A stretch of DNA of 57,385 nucleotides, from the NCBI GenBank assembly GCA_000934665.2, contig JYFJ02002405.1, positions 1 to 57,385 of the forward strand. Direction: 5' to 3'. This DNA is from Catajapyx aquilonaris. Lineage: Eukaryota. The position numbers and the translations under genes were made by a program. Below are positions 21,801 through 36,800 of this stretch, in pieces; the stretch's first letter is position 1; each line of letters begins with the position of its first letter. Under the pieces are notes generated by a model. It was not told where the DNA came from and made no database searches. It saw only the letters and a program-made list of their open reading frames with translations.

Positions 21801-24800
21801 TTATGGTAATACAAGAACATGTATACAGTTGTAAGGTGAAATCAGCTGTTCGTTGACTTGTGGGCGCGCCCTTCTTGACCAAGGTCTCTGTTACTATCTA
21901 TTGAAGGTCGTAATATTGTTGTTTTTCATTCCTCATTCAGTAATAGTGACTAGTAAATTTTTAAAGCATGGATTCTATATTTATGTGGCCTTCGAACGCT
22001 TCTTGTCGACTATACACAATGTTTTTGCCTACAGCTCGAGCTGGGTAGAAAAAAAACCCGTACATGAATAATTGAGCGAGGAACCTGCTGGGACGTACTG
22101 CGCGATAGCTTTATGCAATTCTCAGGTAGCAATTTACCATCACAACATGTTGCACGAACCTCCCCCAAAGTTACTGTCGAACTATTTCTCCTCCATGCCT
22201 AGAACTACTACGCCACAAAATTTCCAAGTAAAAGTTAGTAACCTTTTTTTTAACAAAAGGGAAAAATTCTGCTTCGCTTCCGAATGTGAAAAAAAAGTTT
22301 ACGGGGCACCTTGGAGGCATCGGGTCCTGAAAAGAAGTCCCTCCCCATAATGTATACTTATGCCCTAATCATCCACGTCAAGTATCTTTGTCCCAGCCCA
22401 GATTGGAGGAAGAGATGAGATAATAAAATGAGACGAGGGGGACTAAGTTTAGAAAAATGTTAGGAGTCCGGGTATAAAACCTGGTCATAAAAGTCGTTTC
22501 TGACTCCGCGAAGGTTGAAAGTTCTCCGCAATATGTTCGCATATATGCATATGGCCACACCTGTCAAAGACCTCTCGAAAAGGTCAGACCGATGACGTCA
22601 AGAGCTGCGTCTTCCGGCATGGCTACGACATTTTGACAACACAAAATATATCTGATCCTACTAGACAGGTAATTAATATGATTTTCCATTAGCGATCACG
22701 CTACAAAGTCATTCTGGTTGCTGGTAGTTGCAATCACTAAATGTAACGTAGAGAAAACGCTCGTTTTTAAAAAGCGTTTCAACCTATAGGAGATTGACAA
22801 ACAAATTTGTCAGGCTAATCAGTCGGACGCTTTAGCAAGTTGGGTGTTAATGAGTTTGGGAAAGGATCATTTCGAAGCATGATTAATTAGTCAGGGGAGG
22901 AGATTAAAGGTCTTTTCATGCACTTTTCATTCAGTTGTCGTCGTTAAGGGGGGCGATCATTTATCAGTGTAATGAAACTGATCTGATTTAGTTTTAGGCA
23001 TAAGGGTGCCGACTCAATTTGAATAACAATATTTTGGAGCCTCGTTTGCATGATGGCGAAATGATCGCACAATCCCGGTGGGATTATTATATGCGCGTTA
23101 CTTAAGATTAGAGGTGTGGAGCCTGCCTCCTTATATAGGGCGTGCCAATTTGAACCAAAATGTTCCTATCAAAAGAGAAGCAATTTGCATATAAGCACTG
23201 ATATGTCTGTTTTATTTGATTTCATTTGCGGCAGACACATTATTGTGAGATCAATCGTCAATGTTCGTTTTGGTGGGGGTTTAGTTCTATTCTAAGAACC
23301 ATGCAAAAACCGGTGTTTTTTTATCATTTGGGCTATATCTTTTGTTCCCGTCAAAATGATGAATCGTTTCGCAAACAGATTGCCGATTCTGGTTTCACCC
23401 TTGAAGGACAAACGGAGAGCCCCTCAGGGTCGCCAATGCGGCCAATGGATTAATTGGAAGGAGATTATCTACTCTGATTAACATATTAGCAGCATCGGCA
23501 CGAGGCCTGCAGGGCCGTTGACGCAGAACACGTTGTATAACATTATCATTTACTAAGCACACAGCTCTCTAGAGCCTAGATGTTTGCTCACATTTTGTGC
23601 TGATATAGGAAGGTTAGGACAACAGTAATGTTCTCTGTAACAAAAAAAAGGAGGACCAAAATAATAAATTAACCTTCGGGCCACATTGGCAAAGCCCTGA
23701 GGCTGGGGTTTGCCCATCCCATTGGGGAATAATATGAGGCTTGGTTCATCTACAGTGATAAAGCAAGCTTACCCGGGCTCTCTTATATGATATTGAAAGC
23801 TTACATAGTGACGCGCGAAGTGCTTAAAAAAACTAATATAGCACTGTAAGGGCGTGCTGTATAGGGAAATTCCTGGATGGTATGTCCAATTATACAACAC
23901 TACAGTCACGATTTCCGTCCCATTAGACAATCTGCATGAAATTAAAAGACTGTTCAAAATCACTTCTTGACGTTCATTCGTGCATTCAATCAGTGGTATG
24001 CATTGTTACAGCTCAAATGGGGAATGTACTGTACAAAACGATGGGAAAAGTACTTTGGGAAGTGTTTGAATAACGAGTACAGTTGTTTGAGAGCGTAGCA
24101 GCCTGTGCAAATCTTTTTATTCGCAACATTTAACAATGATTGGCCGCTATTTGACGTTTGTATTGCGAAAGGCAGCTGAAAAATATTTAGTGAACGATGT
24201 GGAGATAACTTTGTTTAAAATTTTTGAAAATGACAAGTTAAAAATGAATTTGTTACAATATTATACCGTATTGGAGAAACGTAGTACTCTAACACACGTA
24301 CATTAAAATTATTATTGATATTACATCAACATGAATACGCTTATACCAGTTTCTTAAACTTTGACATAATATCGATAATAATATGATAGTGGCAATAATG
24401 CTGAAATACTTCTTAGCAATAGTTTCGAATTGTCTCACAGAATTTGTCTTTTTCATGTCTTGCAGTAACCAATTCTGATTGCATAAGGCACTCCAAGACT
24501 GGTCTTTTCTGTTACGCAATATTACTCCCTAAATGTCTTCCGACAGGAATGGTATAATTTTTTAATTATTCGTATGTGGCCACGTCAACTATGACCACTG
24601 ATCACAAGTGAACAAGTGATGATATTATGCTAGGCCAGTGGTTGCTTAGAGTATTTTCTATTTGTTAATGCCCAACGTTATTCATTATTCCTCGGTGGGT
24701 TCCAAATGGATACTGGGAGTAGGAGTAAACGAGAAGACCCCGACATATCAAATACATATAGATAATCCATAAAAATGCTTCCTATACGTATAACCCGACC

Positions 24801-27800
24801 CAGGGAAAAAATTGTAGTGGCCTGTACCACTAACTCCATTGTGTAGCCCTTTATTTGTACAGTATTAAAACATAAATTTATGCACAGTACAGTGCTAGAG
24901 TGAGTAAACAGCGCTAATATCAGGCTTTGTTGACAAACAAACGCAGCTTACACAATATACCAGATGAACACTTCACAATGTTGATTATTTTCTACCCCCA
25001 GCAAACCATTAAAACGATATCCCAAAAATTGTGTGCTTTTCTGCATTCACCTGCCACATTTCATATATTTTCTCTTAATAGCTTGCAAACTATTTTAGCA
25101 CACTATAATAAACTATGATAGATGTATAGTAGTATTAACTAGTAACCTATAATTCCAGGATTGTCAAGGAATATTGTCTGAGAAAGAAACTTAATGTCGT
25201 GGCGCAAGTCACAGCCTGATTTTTATATAAATCTCATTTCATTTCATTTAACCTAGAAATATGGAAGCCAGCTATGGTACTTATTCTCATAACATAAACC
25301 TCATAAATGGTAATGTTATGTTCCAGCTATTCCTACAAATTTGCATCGCATGTCATGACAAGTATAACAAAAAGTTCACATTTCGCCGGTTGGCTTCAGA
25401 GTCTGAATATTTTGATTTTTATTTCACATAAAACGGCACCTATACTCTGTTATTCTTTCCAGCCTGTTTTTTCCTGTTCTGTTTAATTTTTCTCTTACAA
25501 TACCCTGACGGCAAATCATATGCCCTTTTTGTGAAGCCTTGAGAGTGGCGAAGGAATGTCCTTTAGAGGGTGGTTCTTAAAGTTCGGTCCATATGACATG
25601 CTGGCGGCCAAGAACCGATCAAATATTCAAATGCTGGAAGTTTTACTGCATGGCAAGTGACAATATGTGTGGTCAAACTCAAAGTGGGCCACGGTTAAAA
25701 AAGTTTTTGAAGCACTGCTACACTAATGATGACGATTTCGACAGAAACAACATTTTCTTACTTGCTTTAACACACCATAATTATTAAAATAAATAATTTA
25801 GTGAAGAAAACCATATTATTGCGGATGCGGAAAATGATGAACGTAGTATTGTTCCTGATTATGTCATTTACTTCTTGATATGATCATTTATTCAAGCATT
25901 AAGTTCAAATTACGTATTTATTGCATATTTGAAAACTTGCTACAATAAATAATACTGAACCATACATCCTGGGGCCCACCATTATTTTAAAAATAGTCGT
26001 AATTCCAAACTCCCAAGCACTGTCCTTCACCGAGAACCTCGCATCAAATTGTCTCATAAAAAGAGTGACGTAACGTGAATTAACTTCAATAAAGGCGGAG
26101 TCCCTAAGCCCTTCTGATGCCATGCAACGGTAAGCTGTTGTAAAACACTGCAAAAGCTAATGATCGCTTTGGCCAACACTGTTATTGTGAACATTCTTCA
26201 CTCCTACGCCCGGGTGACACATCGGAATTTTGGAACCTGCGGTGACAATGACCTGTCAGGTTTGATTTGAAACGTGGCTGTCCAACTCCAACGCAAATGA
26301 ACACCCTTCGACCCCTCATCATTTTAATGTCGTAATCAACCCCACGAGTCCGCTGTTTGCCAGACTTTCCAGCCGTCCCATGGCCTAAGTTTGACATTGA
26401 AAAGGTGTCCTCGGGTTGTTCACCGCTTGATGCGAGTCGGGCAGAGAGAAAACGCATTGACTGAAAACGTGGGTTTGTGAATAATTAATGCGACAGTCAC
26501 GCAGCCGCCATGAATAAATCATCGGAACGCGCGCTTTCGGGTCTAAAATGGATCCCTCACAATATTTGCTCTCCATTCAATTGACTATTATGTACATGAC
26601 CGTCCGGAAGTGATGGACAGAATTACTTCTGGTCCATACCGGTCCGGACTAGGTTGCCACTAGTTTGTCCCATATCGAACTGGAATTTCTGACACACCCT
26701 GTACAACAGCAGTGCTTGGCATAGATGTAGCGCGTTGGAGTGAATGGTTCTTGCATCTGCCTCAGACCCCCACTAGGGGATGGGTTAAGTAATATCCTCT
26801 TTGAAACTTTGAAGTGGTCTGGCCAAAGCAGCGGGGGTACGAACTTGGACAGAAGTTTCTGCGGGGGAAAAGGAACATTACGAAGCAATTAATGTTCCTT
26901 CCTAAGAGTCGTCAGTCGGCAGCTTTCAATTCCGGTTGGGGACCATGCCTTTACAGAGAGATCATTTGCTTTTATTCTCTTTGAAAATCGCTCTTTCCAT
27001 TTCGGCTGTCTTTCTGAATTCATCACGCTAACGAATAAGTAATGGAAATTATTGGATTGTCGGTAGCGGGATGTACAGTACAATTCGGGCTTGCAAATCA
27101 AAGCTAGGTGCGGCTGGGATAAGCTGCATAATTTTTGGGAATTAGTGGCTGTAGAAGTCATATTCTGCCAGGAGAGTGTCTATCGTCATTTATAAATAAT
27201 TGGGATGCTGTGTACTGAATCTGCTGATAAACGATTTTGTAATTCAGATTGTCATTTTATTATAACCATTATATGGATTGTATAGCATTAATTTTACTTT
27301 TAAATTCCAGCCGTATACTTCTGCATAATTATCTAGGAACCGAACCTGACAAATGAAATACTTCCTACTTTGTCGGAACTCTGAAAGAAAACGGAGAATA
27401 AAACCACCGTTCATGCAGTCGGAAATCACTGTAACAGGAAAGATATTTAAAACGGGATTTGATATGCACAGAACTTGGGCGAGAATTGGAAATGACAGGA
27501 CTCGAAAAGAAACGGGGTATCCTTTGTGCACAACGCCATAAGAAACCATTCCTTCCAACGACTTTTCTTTCATCAAGGATGTAATAAGCTTTCCTCTTTC
27601 CTTCTCACCGAAACGAAGAGACATCTCTGAATTATAATCCTTTTAATCCTTCAAGGAGTCTCCAACATAGTCCTGGTCACCGGCCCGTCTTCCTCCTACC
27701 CACCCCACCCACCCACTCTTAAACTTAAAACGTTCCCCTCCCGAACAGATTAGCATTCATTTGCATACATCCCGTGCAGTTTTATTCGTGAGGTGAATCG

Positions 27801-30800
27801 CGACCTAATTGGATTTTTAAGAAGCGGAGAAGAAGTTGGATGAAGCTCCTGGGGGCCTATTTGACTCTGTCCTTTCTTCTCTCCAGAGGCAAACGTGTCC
27901 CGACTCAGTCATCTCCTGGCCTTTTGTCCTGCTTTGTGTCCCGTGTCCTCTTGCCCGCAGCCAACACGGCGTGTGTCAACTCAAACAGGAGACAATATCC
28001 TCGCTCGGCTACTATACCCAGTGGCCATCAAATTGGCCCAAAGCCACTGGTCCACAACTAACATGTTCCACTCTGGAGAAGAGTCCAGCATCACTGATCG
28101 ATTCTAGAACTTGGTTTTATTAATTGTTTTTTGGAATTTCAAAAATATTGATGCGTCAACTTGATTGGTTCCATTATTGGGACATAGCCAAATTCTATCT
28201 CCAGTGCTGTACACCCCGATCTATTCCGTTCCATGATTTGGCACAGTTTGGAATAGATTTCCAATCTGCTTGCGCCCTTAGGGCACCTGTACGTCACATT
28301 TTTTTTCGCCAATGCTAAGTGCGGCTCGAGGGAGCTGACGGTATATAGCCTGTGGTTGTGGTAGGAATTTGCAAGACTGGGAAGGAAGGCTGGTTGCGCA
28401 TCCGGCCACCGCCAATTTGCATATCTGGCAGCAAGGCCGTCACTGAGGATTTTCTGCCGCGCCCACAATTATCCCCTAGAGATCTATACGCCAATAACCC
28501 AGGGACCTTTATTGGGAAATTGGAGTTCACCGGAACAACGACCCACCCACCTCCTCATGCAAGCATTGTTACGTCAGACTAACTTCATAACTCAATTTGA
28601 CGCAACTTTTTTAGGCTGCATTGCAGGTTTTTTTAAATGCATGACACGTCGTACCGTGTTGTAAAACTTTGTCATTTGGGTGGGGCAGCCTGCTGGACAT
28701 AATTACATGTCGTTATCAGAAATACGTCTCCATCCGTCAATATTGGGCTGGCACTCAAAATTCAGGCGCGCATCAGCGTCACAACCAGTTATCGACTAAT
28801 GCATGTTATTTCAATATTTTTACTTTGAAGAAAAGCGGCTTGAAAAATTTAAATGGAGCTATTCATAACTTTTTGTAACACTATTTGGGATGATGAATGG
28901 GAAGTTGGATGGGTGTCAGTCCCCCAAGCTTTTTGTATTGATCGAAAATGTGATGTGTTTGAAGAAATATGCGGAGAATTCGGTGTAAATTCCTGTTCTG
29001 ACACTGAAAGAATGGTTTTAAGGAAATAGACGTAATTATAGATGCAGTTCCACCGCAAGATGAATCCATTTGTGACGTGACGCCTCGTAGTGTCTGTGCG
29101 ACAGGAAATTGCCCGAGTAATTCCCATGCAAGGCTACAAAATCCTCTACATTTGCGTGGATATTGCCTTCAACCTCTCAGCAAATTGCCCTCTGCCTATG
29201 CTTCAGCTCACAAAGTTGATAAACAATCGTGATGGGAAACGTGAAAAAAAAAAATCTTTAGAAAAATGTCTTTCGATCATCATCCAAATGATGTGCGATC
29301 AACTGTTAGAAAATTGATGGACTTATTAAGGGGTAATTTTGGCCCTAGGAGACCGCTGGGAATCCTAATGGGACGTTTAATTAAGACGAAGGAGAACAAA
29401 AATGAAGAATTTGACATTTCCTTCCAACAATCCATTTTTTGGGGCGGATTCAGTCCAAGCAAATTTTTTAAAGCCTAAAAATGGAAATTTGATGGAAAAA
29501 AACTGTGCGAAAATGTATATGCCTGAGTGAGGCCAAGAAAGAGTGAAAACATGGGCGTAGGAAAAGCCCCCCTAGGGCCTACTGCAGAAGGGAATTTGCC
29601 ATTTTAATGATCTTGGGTTTTGGAAGGGTAGAAAAGTTAGCGCGGATTAATTTAATTTCCCCCCTCTCCTCCTCCCACCACTCAAGACAGGAAATAGGGC
29701 AAAAATTGAAAGAAGCAAATCGGGTTATCTGGATTTCCAAGGGCGATGCGTACCGCCAGGATTGCCATCTTACCACCACATTTTTTTGGGAGGTTTCCCC
29801 CATCTAAGCCTTAGGCGGCCAATGAAGAGGATTCAGATCATCCCCAACGGCTTATTTATGCCAGCAATTCACTTTTAAGCAACCTTTACCTTTAATTTAT
29901 ACTCGAAACAGGCGCCTAAACTCCCTTCTGTTCATTGTGTAAGCACAAGTTCTATTATCGAACCTGGAAGGGAAAAAAAGTAGTCTTAAAGGAAAATGGT
30001 GGGCAAGGCCATAATCTAGTGCGCCCACCTCGACCTTTTTCGTCCATCTCGAGCTTTACCGTTTCTCATACAAAGGGCAAAAAAAAGTAGTGCTCGTTTA
30101 TCTCCGTTTTACACTGGACCTTTGCGAGCGGTGATTTATAGGAGAAAGGTCGCAACGACCAATGGGAGGCCGGATTGGATCAAGCAAGTTTATTGCTCAC
30201 TTTGCTCTTCAATCTTTCCGCCTTATTGTTGCGTGGTTGGAAAAGTAGTGGACGTGGGATAGAGCCGCCGTGCTCTGAATATCATCTCCGCCACAAGAAC
30301 AAGCAAGAGCCAAAATTCTACTCCGATGCAATAGTTTTAGTGCAGTGTGGGCAAATGGGTGGGATGAGAGGAAATTGGGGGTAATTCGGTCTAGGCGCTT
30401 TATTGCCAGTTTTATAACCAGTGCAATATCGGTGGGTGACGTCGGTTGTCACAGGGTCAATCAATTCGGGGATGACTTTAACCCTTTGGGTGCCATATTC
30501 CCAAAAGTGATGAGTGTTATCCTGTCATGTAGGCAGCCAACAAGTCTGGGGTGTTATCCTGTCATATAGGCAGCCAACAAGCCAGGGGTGTCTATCAGGC
30601 TGCCGCATTTACAGGGGTTAATTATGACTGATTGTTTTTTTCAGTGCGGCGCAAGAACGACTGGTTCCTCCGGGTGTTGGCGTGGTTCCAGCATGCCTGG
30701 CCGTGCCGGAGCTGATGGCCCCAGGTGATGGAGGGGGAAGGGGCGGAGGAGGGTCCGTTCGCCCCGGGGCTAAGGTGCCTCCTCCACTGCTACGATCCAG

Positions 30801-33800
30801 GACCCTTCCATCCATTGTGGTACCTGGCATCAACATCCTTCAGGCTCAGATCGACGCCAAGTACCAGGCCAAAGGTGAGTTATGTTTACCAATCGATTTA
30901 TTCTGGACAGAAACAGCAGCATCAGCAGATATACATGTTGGTGTAGTAGAGCTCTGATTGCGAGTGATAAAATCATGGCGAATGAAAACATGCAGGAGTT
31001 CTGATCCACTCTGGATAATGGCATGGTCAAGTGGAGTAGAATGTGAATGCCATTCTGCATATATCGATTGGTAGAGAGGAAAAAATGCCATCTGTTCTTT
31101 CGCACCGGAGGGCCACTAGCTTGTTTGTGATTTCTATTCAAGCCAGGTATAGGGGTGTTATGATCATGCAGCCAACTTTTTTGAGATAACTGCTCCCAGA
31201 CGTAACTTTACTAACAAGTGTCGCATTTTCTTGGCACCGGCTCCAAATCCGGGTCCTCCTGTTTTTGATGAGTTGCCCACAAGAGCCGTTCTCCCGGAAA
31301 GTGCTGTAACTTTTCGCCGGCACTGATTATCTGTGGCACTCTTTAAGTGATGTATCGCCTTGTTGTTCCTTATCAGGGTTGAAAAATTGTTGAGGAAGCA
31401 AGTGTTAGCAAGAATGTAATTTTTATTATTGGTGCATTGAGGCATAGGTCGGCTTGCAGTTCTCATAAAATTCAAACTGAAAAAAACAAGCTGTTGTATC
31501 TGGAAGCGAGAAAATCGTTAACAGCCATTGTAAAGGCGGGCACCGGCAGTACAACGGGAGAAAGTTGCAAAAGAGGAAATATGGCCTCATTAAGGAACTG
31601 CAGCACTCTTGATGTCTGCATCCCAAATGAGTTATGTATAATGGGGCTGGTACACCGTCCCCCCGGACGTCAGAATATGCACAGGGACCGAGATGGTAAC
31701 ATTCCTGCTGAATAATGAAGCAATGGTCAGTTGCAATCGATGCTTGGCAGTGTGACATGAAAGCATTCGGCCGACGAACATTAGTGTCCCGCACTGTACC
31801 TGACAGCTGCTAAATTGAACATTTCGCATATTCTGGGCCCTGCTGGAGTCGATCAGGAGATATAATAACTTTTACCCTTCGGTGCCGGAACTGTGCTTCT
31901 GTCTAATGGCCTACACGCATTGATAGTCATATGCTATACCGCATATTGCTGGAGGCCCCAGGGAGTTCATTTCTTGGTCACCTGCAGCGAAGGCCAATAA
32001 CTCCCATACAGTACTGTCAAGCTGTGAGGTATGTCTGCGAAAAAGTAATATCCAGCAGCCCCCGTAATGCATAACTCACCATTCAATTCAATATGAGCGG
32101 CTCAGAAAATGGGGGGAAAAAACAAATGAAAAAATGCCCGCTTTTTCACCTATTACGGCGACTCTGAAGGTTTCTATCTTCAACAATAAATAACTGCAGG
32201 GAGTCTGTAGGGATTGGAAGTTAGAAGTGAAGCAAATGGAAAGAGAAAAGTTGTGGGCTGCTCTTGAAAGCAGACCCCGAGACGTTGAGGAGAACTCCAA
32301 GGCTTTGAAACCGTCTGCGAATCTAGTGGGGAAAATCAGTGCCGCCATGGTATAAGTTATAAAGGCTATCGCAACGAGACGATGAATGGCTGTCCTGAAG
32401 GGCCGATGAACCCTGGAAGCAGCAGGGCGTTGCCGGGACTATTTGTCGCCCGGCTTCAATTCCCCAGATTTTCTGACCTATAACTTGTTACTGACCCGGG
32501 TTTTCCTAGAAAGTGAAGAGGATCAATTAAGAAGGCAAAGTGCAGAGTGTTTAAATGGAGTCTCTCTAGTGCAGGAAGTGATTTGGGCAAAATTTGTTGC
32601 CAATTATCTTATCTATAGCAGCCTCCGAGAGATATACATAGCAAGTGCCAAAGTGTATTTAGACAAGGCGAGGGATAAGCCCATCTGTTCGTTGTTAGAC
32701 CCGGACCCAAAAAGGGTTCCTTTTGTCCATCCACAAAAATGGCAGTTAATTATTGCATGGACTAATTAATTGATAGGTCAGAACTTGTTAATTAACTGAT
32801 CCCTTTTTTCGTGGCATTTACAATCCCACTGACCTTTTCCAACGGCCGCACCCAATTTGATTCGCCCGTACAGAGGATGAAAAAAAGAGCGTTAGATGCG
32901 CCTGAGGGTCCCTGAATGTCATTTCGAATTGTGGTGTGAACTAAAACATTTTCGTCCTTGCAAGTTTTCCTTTGGTGTGGTGGAGGGTAACAAGAGTTGC
33001 AAAAGACGGGAAGTAGGTCCTTGTGCACGAGAGACATCGAACTCACGAAAAGAGTCGTAATCCCGAGGTCGTTTCGTCGGATTCGCCCGACTCTAAATGA
33101 TAAAAAAAGGGATGTCGTTGTCTGGACTTCTGGTTCGTTTTACTCCAATCCTTGTCCCCTTTTTTGTCGGGTTCTTGCAATCCTCCACTATGTAGGGTAG
33201 GATTTGCTTCCTGGAGTCTTCTTAAAGCCTCCCTAGAGGACAGAAACCTTTCAGGAAAATTAGTTGCCCTTTTCTTACACCACAGAGTTAGGACTTTTTG
33301 GCGTATAAATGTATACGCTTAACGTAGAATGAGATAGTATCAGTGTTTGAAGTCTGTAGATGTCATACCATGGTTCAGGGAACATCAAAGTTTTGTCCAA
33401 TGCAACATCCCACCGGTGCACGTAGGGTCTCGGATAACTTCTGCTAAGCGCTTATTACTTATTTTTTCACCCAAAGTCCCCTGGATCTCTCTCCCCCCTC
33501 TTTGTTGCGCTATCGGAACTGCAGCATCGAACAAGAAAGGTAATGAATTTAACGCTCTTGCCATTCAGGGACGCGGCTGGAAGCTAATGGAATTTGCACC
33601 TCATTCTCCTAATTTGGACGAAAGGGCCGAGTAAGAACAGGCGTCCTACAAGGAGGGAAGGTCCTAGTATCGTCTAGTGGCAACTAACTACCAAAACCCG
33701 GTTTGCAACACGACAGCGGAAGGCAGAGCTGTTTCCTTGAGCAACTTCTGACGTGATCTTCCTTCGCCGCAACTTCGCCTTGCCCGCCCGTGCAAGCTAA

Positions 33801-36800
33801 TCCTAGAGGATGCCTGTTAATTACTCCTTTCCTTGCCGAATTGGCTGCGAAATTATGATGCCACGAGTCACTCGCCGATAATAACGTCCGTTTCTGTTGC
33901 GGCAATAATCTGCATTTGCATGGGGCTCGTAATTGGCCAAGTGAAAGTCCGGCAGCTCTTGGCAGCCGTTTTGACAGCCCAGATAATAAACGATACGGCA
34001 CGCAAATTCTGGCATCAAGTGCTCATATAGAAGGTAGTCTCTAGTTAGGGGAAAACTAATGAGCATTGTCTCAAACTGGGTGGGAATTAGAAGTACTAAT
34101 GAAAAGTGTAACGAGCGTTGACATTTCGAGTGTTAAAGTTTTATTTGGCTCCTATTCCGGACCTTACTGGAGAAGACACTGATGTTCCACTGGAACGACG
34201 CTCTTTTAGCCACTTATAAATCAAGAATGACGTCAGGCTGGCAGGATTACTTCTAGCTGATGAAGCACTCTGAGAGAAAGATAACAAACAGTCTGCACGA
34301 TTGATTTCTCAAGTTAGCAGACGAAGGTATGGGGTGCCAGGAATTGAGGGGGGGTATAGGGTGGAGAATTCGAAAGTTTTGTAGAAAAGTGGATCGAGGT
34401 CGCGAAACTTAAGCAAAATGGCCCATTCCAAAAACCGGCAGTATGTCTCGGGGAGTATAATTGGAACGAATAGCTCGAATTTTTTTCGTTTTAACAATTT
34501 TCTTGGTCTGTTGGTTGGATTTTAATGAGCTGAGCAACTGCAACATTCCCGTTTTAAATATAGATCCGCCTTCTTTTTTTATTGGAGAGTTAATAAGAAT
34601 GTTTTAAAGAAGAGTATATTTGAAGCGGGAGAAGGATCCTTTTGCGGCTCATAAATGTTTCAATAGAGCCATCTTGGCTGAGGAAAACGATTTAGCCCCA
34701 TCGTTTCCCACCTCGGCAGCAGGTCTTTGGAGGCCCATTTTCAACGGACACTGTTGATATTTCAGCTGTCTGCACCAAATTCGGTCCGATAGTTAGCTAC
34801 CTAAGTCCTTCAAACGTAACGTGAACAGACCGCAATGAAAAATGGACGTCCAAAGAGGTTGAAACGTATCCTTTTGACAAATGAGCAGTTAGCCGGATTT
34901 AATAGCGAATGGACCGATGTAGAGCTGCGTTAATGCGGATGTCAATCCTGTTAACTCTCCTATACCAGACTGAAATTGGTTAAAAAAAGAGGCAAAGTCC
35001 AAACCGATGTCAAACAAAAGGCACAAGATCGATACTTCTGCATGTGTGGACCCCTCTACTCTCTCCATCCAACAATTTTCTGTCACTGGTTGGACCGGGG
35101 ATGGACCTGGGCCAACTTGTCATATCGACAAAGTTTTCAGGAAAAAGGAGAAGGCTATATAAGGACCAAAATTTGCTGCGTTTGCCAGAGATTTTTTTAA
35201 AGAAATTATATCAAATGTTACGCAACCGTTCATTTACATGGTTTCGAAGTGGAAAAACCTTATCGCACTGCTGCAGTGTCCCGTCCTTTTTTATTGTCAA
35301 CGACGTTATTTTTTTACGTAAGGCATGATGAATGTCTTGCAATTTTTGCGCGGCTGGTATCACCCGGCAGGGGTGCCTTTTCGCATTTTGTAGGAATGTA
35401 GCTATTGTATTTTGAATTACTATAGCCCAGCTGTGGCTCTATGTTGACGTGATTATGGGAATTAAGCACACTGCGCATTTAGTAGTGGCTAAAATAAGTT
35501 CATCCACCGAGACGTATGCAGAGCGGTGGCCTCTGCCAAGTAAAACAGGTTGGAATCTCATTACTGAGTAATAGAAAACCCGAATTTTCCAACGGAGATC
35601 CGCAGAGGGGACTGAAAATGTGTGCAGCAATTCTGCATAAAGCTCGGGCCATTTTTTTTTCTAATAATACTCCCTTTTTTGTTCGGATATTTTCGGAATT
35701 TCTTATCTACATTTTTCCAGTTCCAGCACCAACTCGCGTAAAACTGTGCTCCTATTTATAAAAGGTTCATGTATACAAATCCTTAACAAAAAAAGGCTGA
35801 CCATTATGTATTATTTCAGGAGGAGAATTGGGCCGAAAGTCCTCGTATCCTATCAAATCATCCGACAGTGTGTCACTGCTGACCTCTCCAGGCCATCGAA
35901 GGTCTCCAGATGACGTCGTGGGTGAGTTCCTTGTTTACAACCATTCCTTGCAATCCAGTCGACAACAGCTAGTAATCGATTCACTTTTAAATTGTAATCC
36001 ATCTCAAGCACATCTTAAAAACTCACAGTTGCGCTGAATGAAGATCTTCAGTGGAGGCATCTCATCAAGTTTGTCCTTAGGATCGGTTTCAAAGTCACCG
36101 GAGAATTCGGATGAGGTCGAAGGGTGAAGGAGGTAGCGTCTAGGAGAGTTTGGTGAGGGTTAGATGGAAGAGGAGGAAGGAAGGTTGGTTTATATATGCT
36201 AAAGAGGACTGGAGCGCATGCAGAATTCGTGGAGTTGGCAGAACGTGTCGTGCAAGTCTTCGTCGGTGGAGAGGAAAAAGTCCGGATCTGTGCAGTTAGG
36301 CCACTTGGGAACTCTTTCACAAACGGAAGAAAAACTCTTTTTCGGAAATCTGTGGAGGGTGGTTCGAGCAGGGTTCGAGGATATTGCAAATTGAAGTTTT
36401 TTGAAAGTCACAATAAGCCATGCTTTAAATGCCCTGAAAGCCTGATTCCTAAGCAGTCAGCCATTACCCCCCTTACCAGCTGTATAAAAAAACTCAATAG
36501 TTTAATGCCGTGCAAAGTATAGGCCTCTATTGCAATACTTGTGGTATGAGACAAGATTAATATATTCAATTTACCACATCAATCAAGCTTGTTTTCAATA
36601 ATAAGATCCCCGATTAATTTTTCTTTCTTTACACACCTTCATACGTCAGTATGCTAATAAGGAGAAAAAATATTACCATTCTTGGGCAAGAATAAGTTCA
36701 GTTGTAAACACCATGTGGAAATACCCGGAAATTGCGTGGGATCATTAGCCAGCAGCAACAATATGGCGTATACACAAAGGGATCAAGGTTGGGCTATAAC

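Noticed and set aside
33833..34030. Small hydrophobic, membrane-like ORF
   Set aside because: Non-ATG start, intronic location and no supporting signals.
36048..36522. Possible extra wake exon or promoter (TATA-like sequence plus MLKRTGAHAEFVELAERVV... ORF)
   Set aside because: No convincing phase-compatible splice donor or acceptor.
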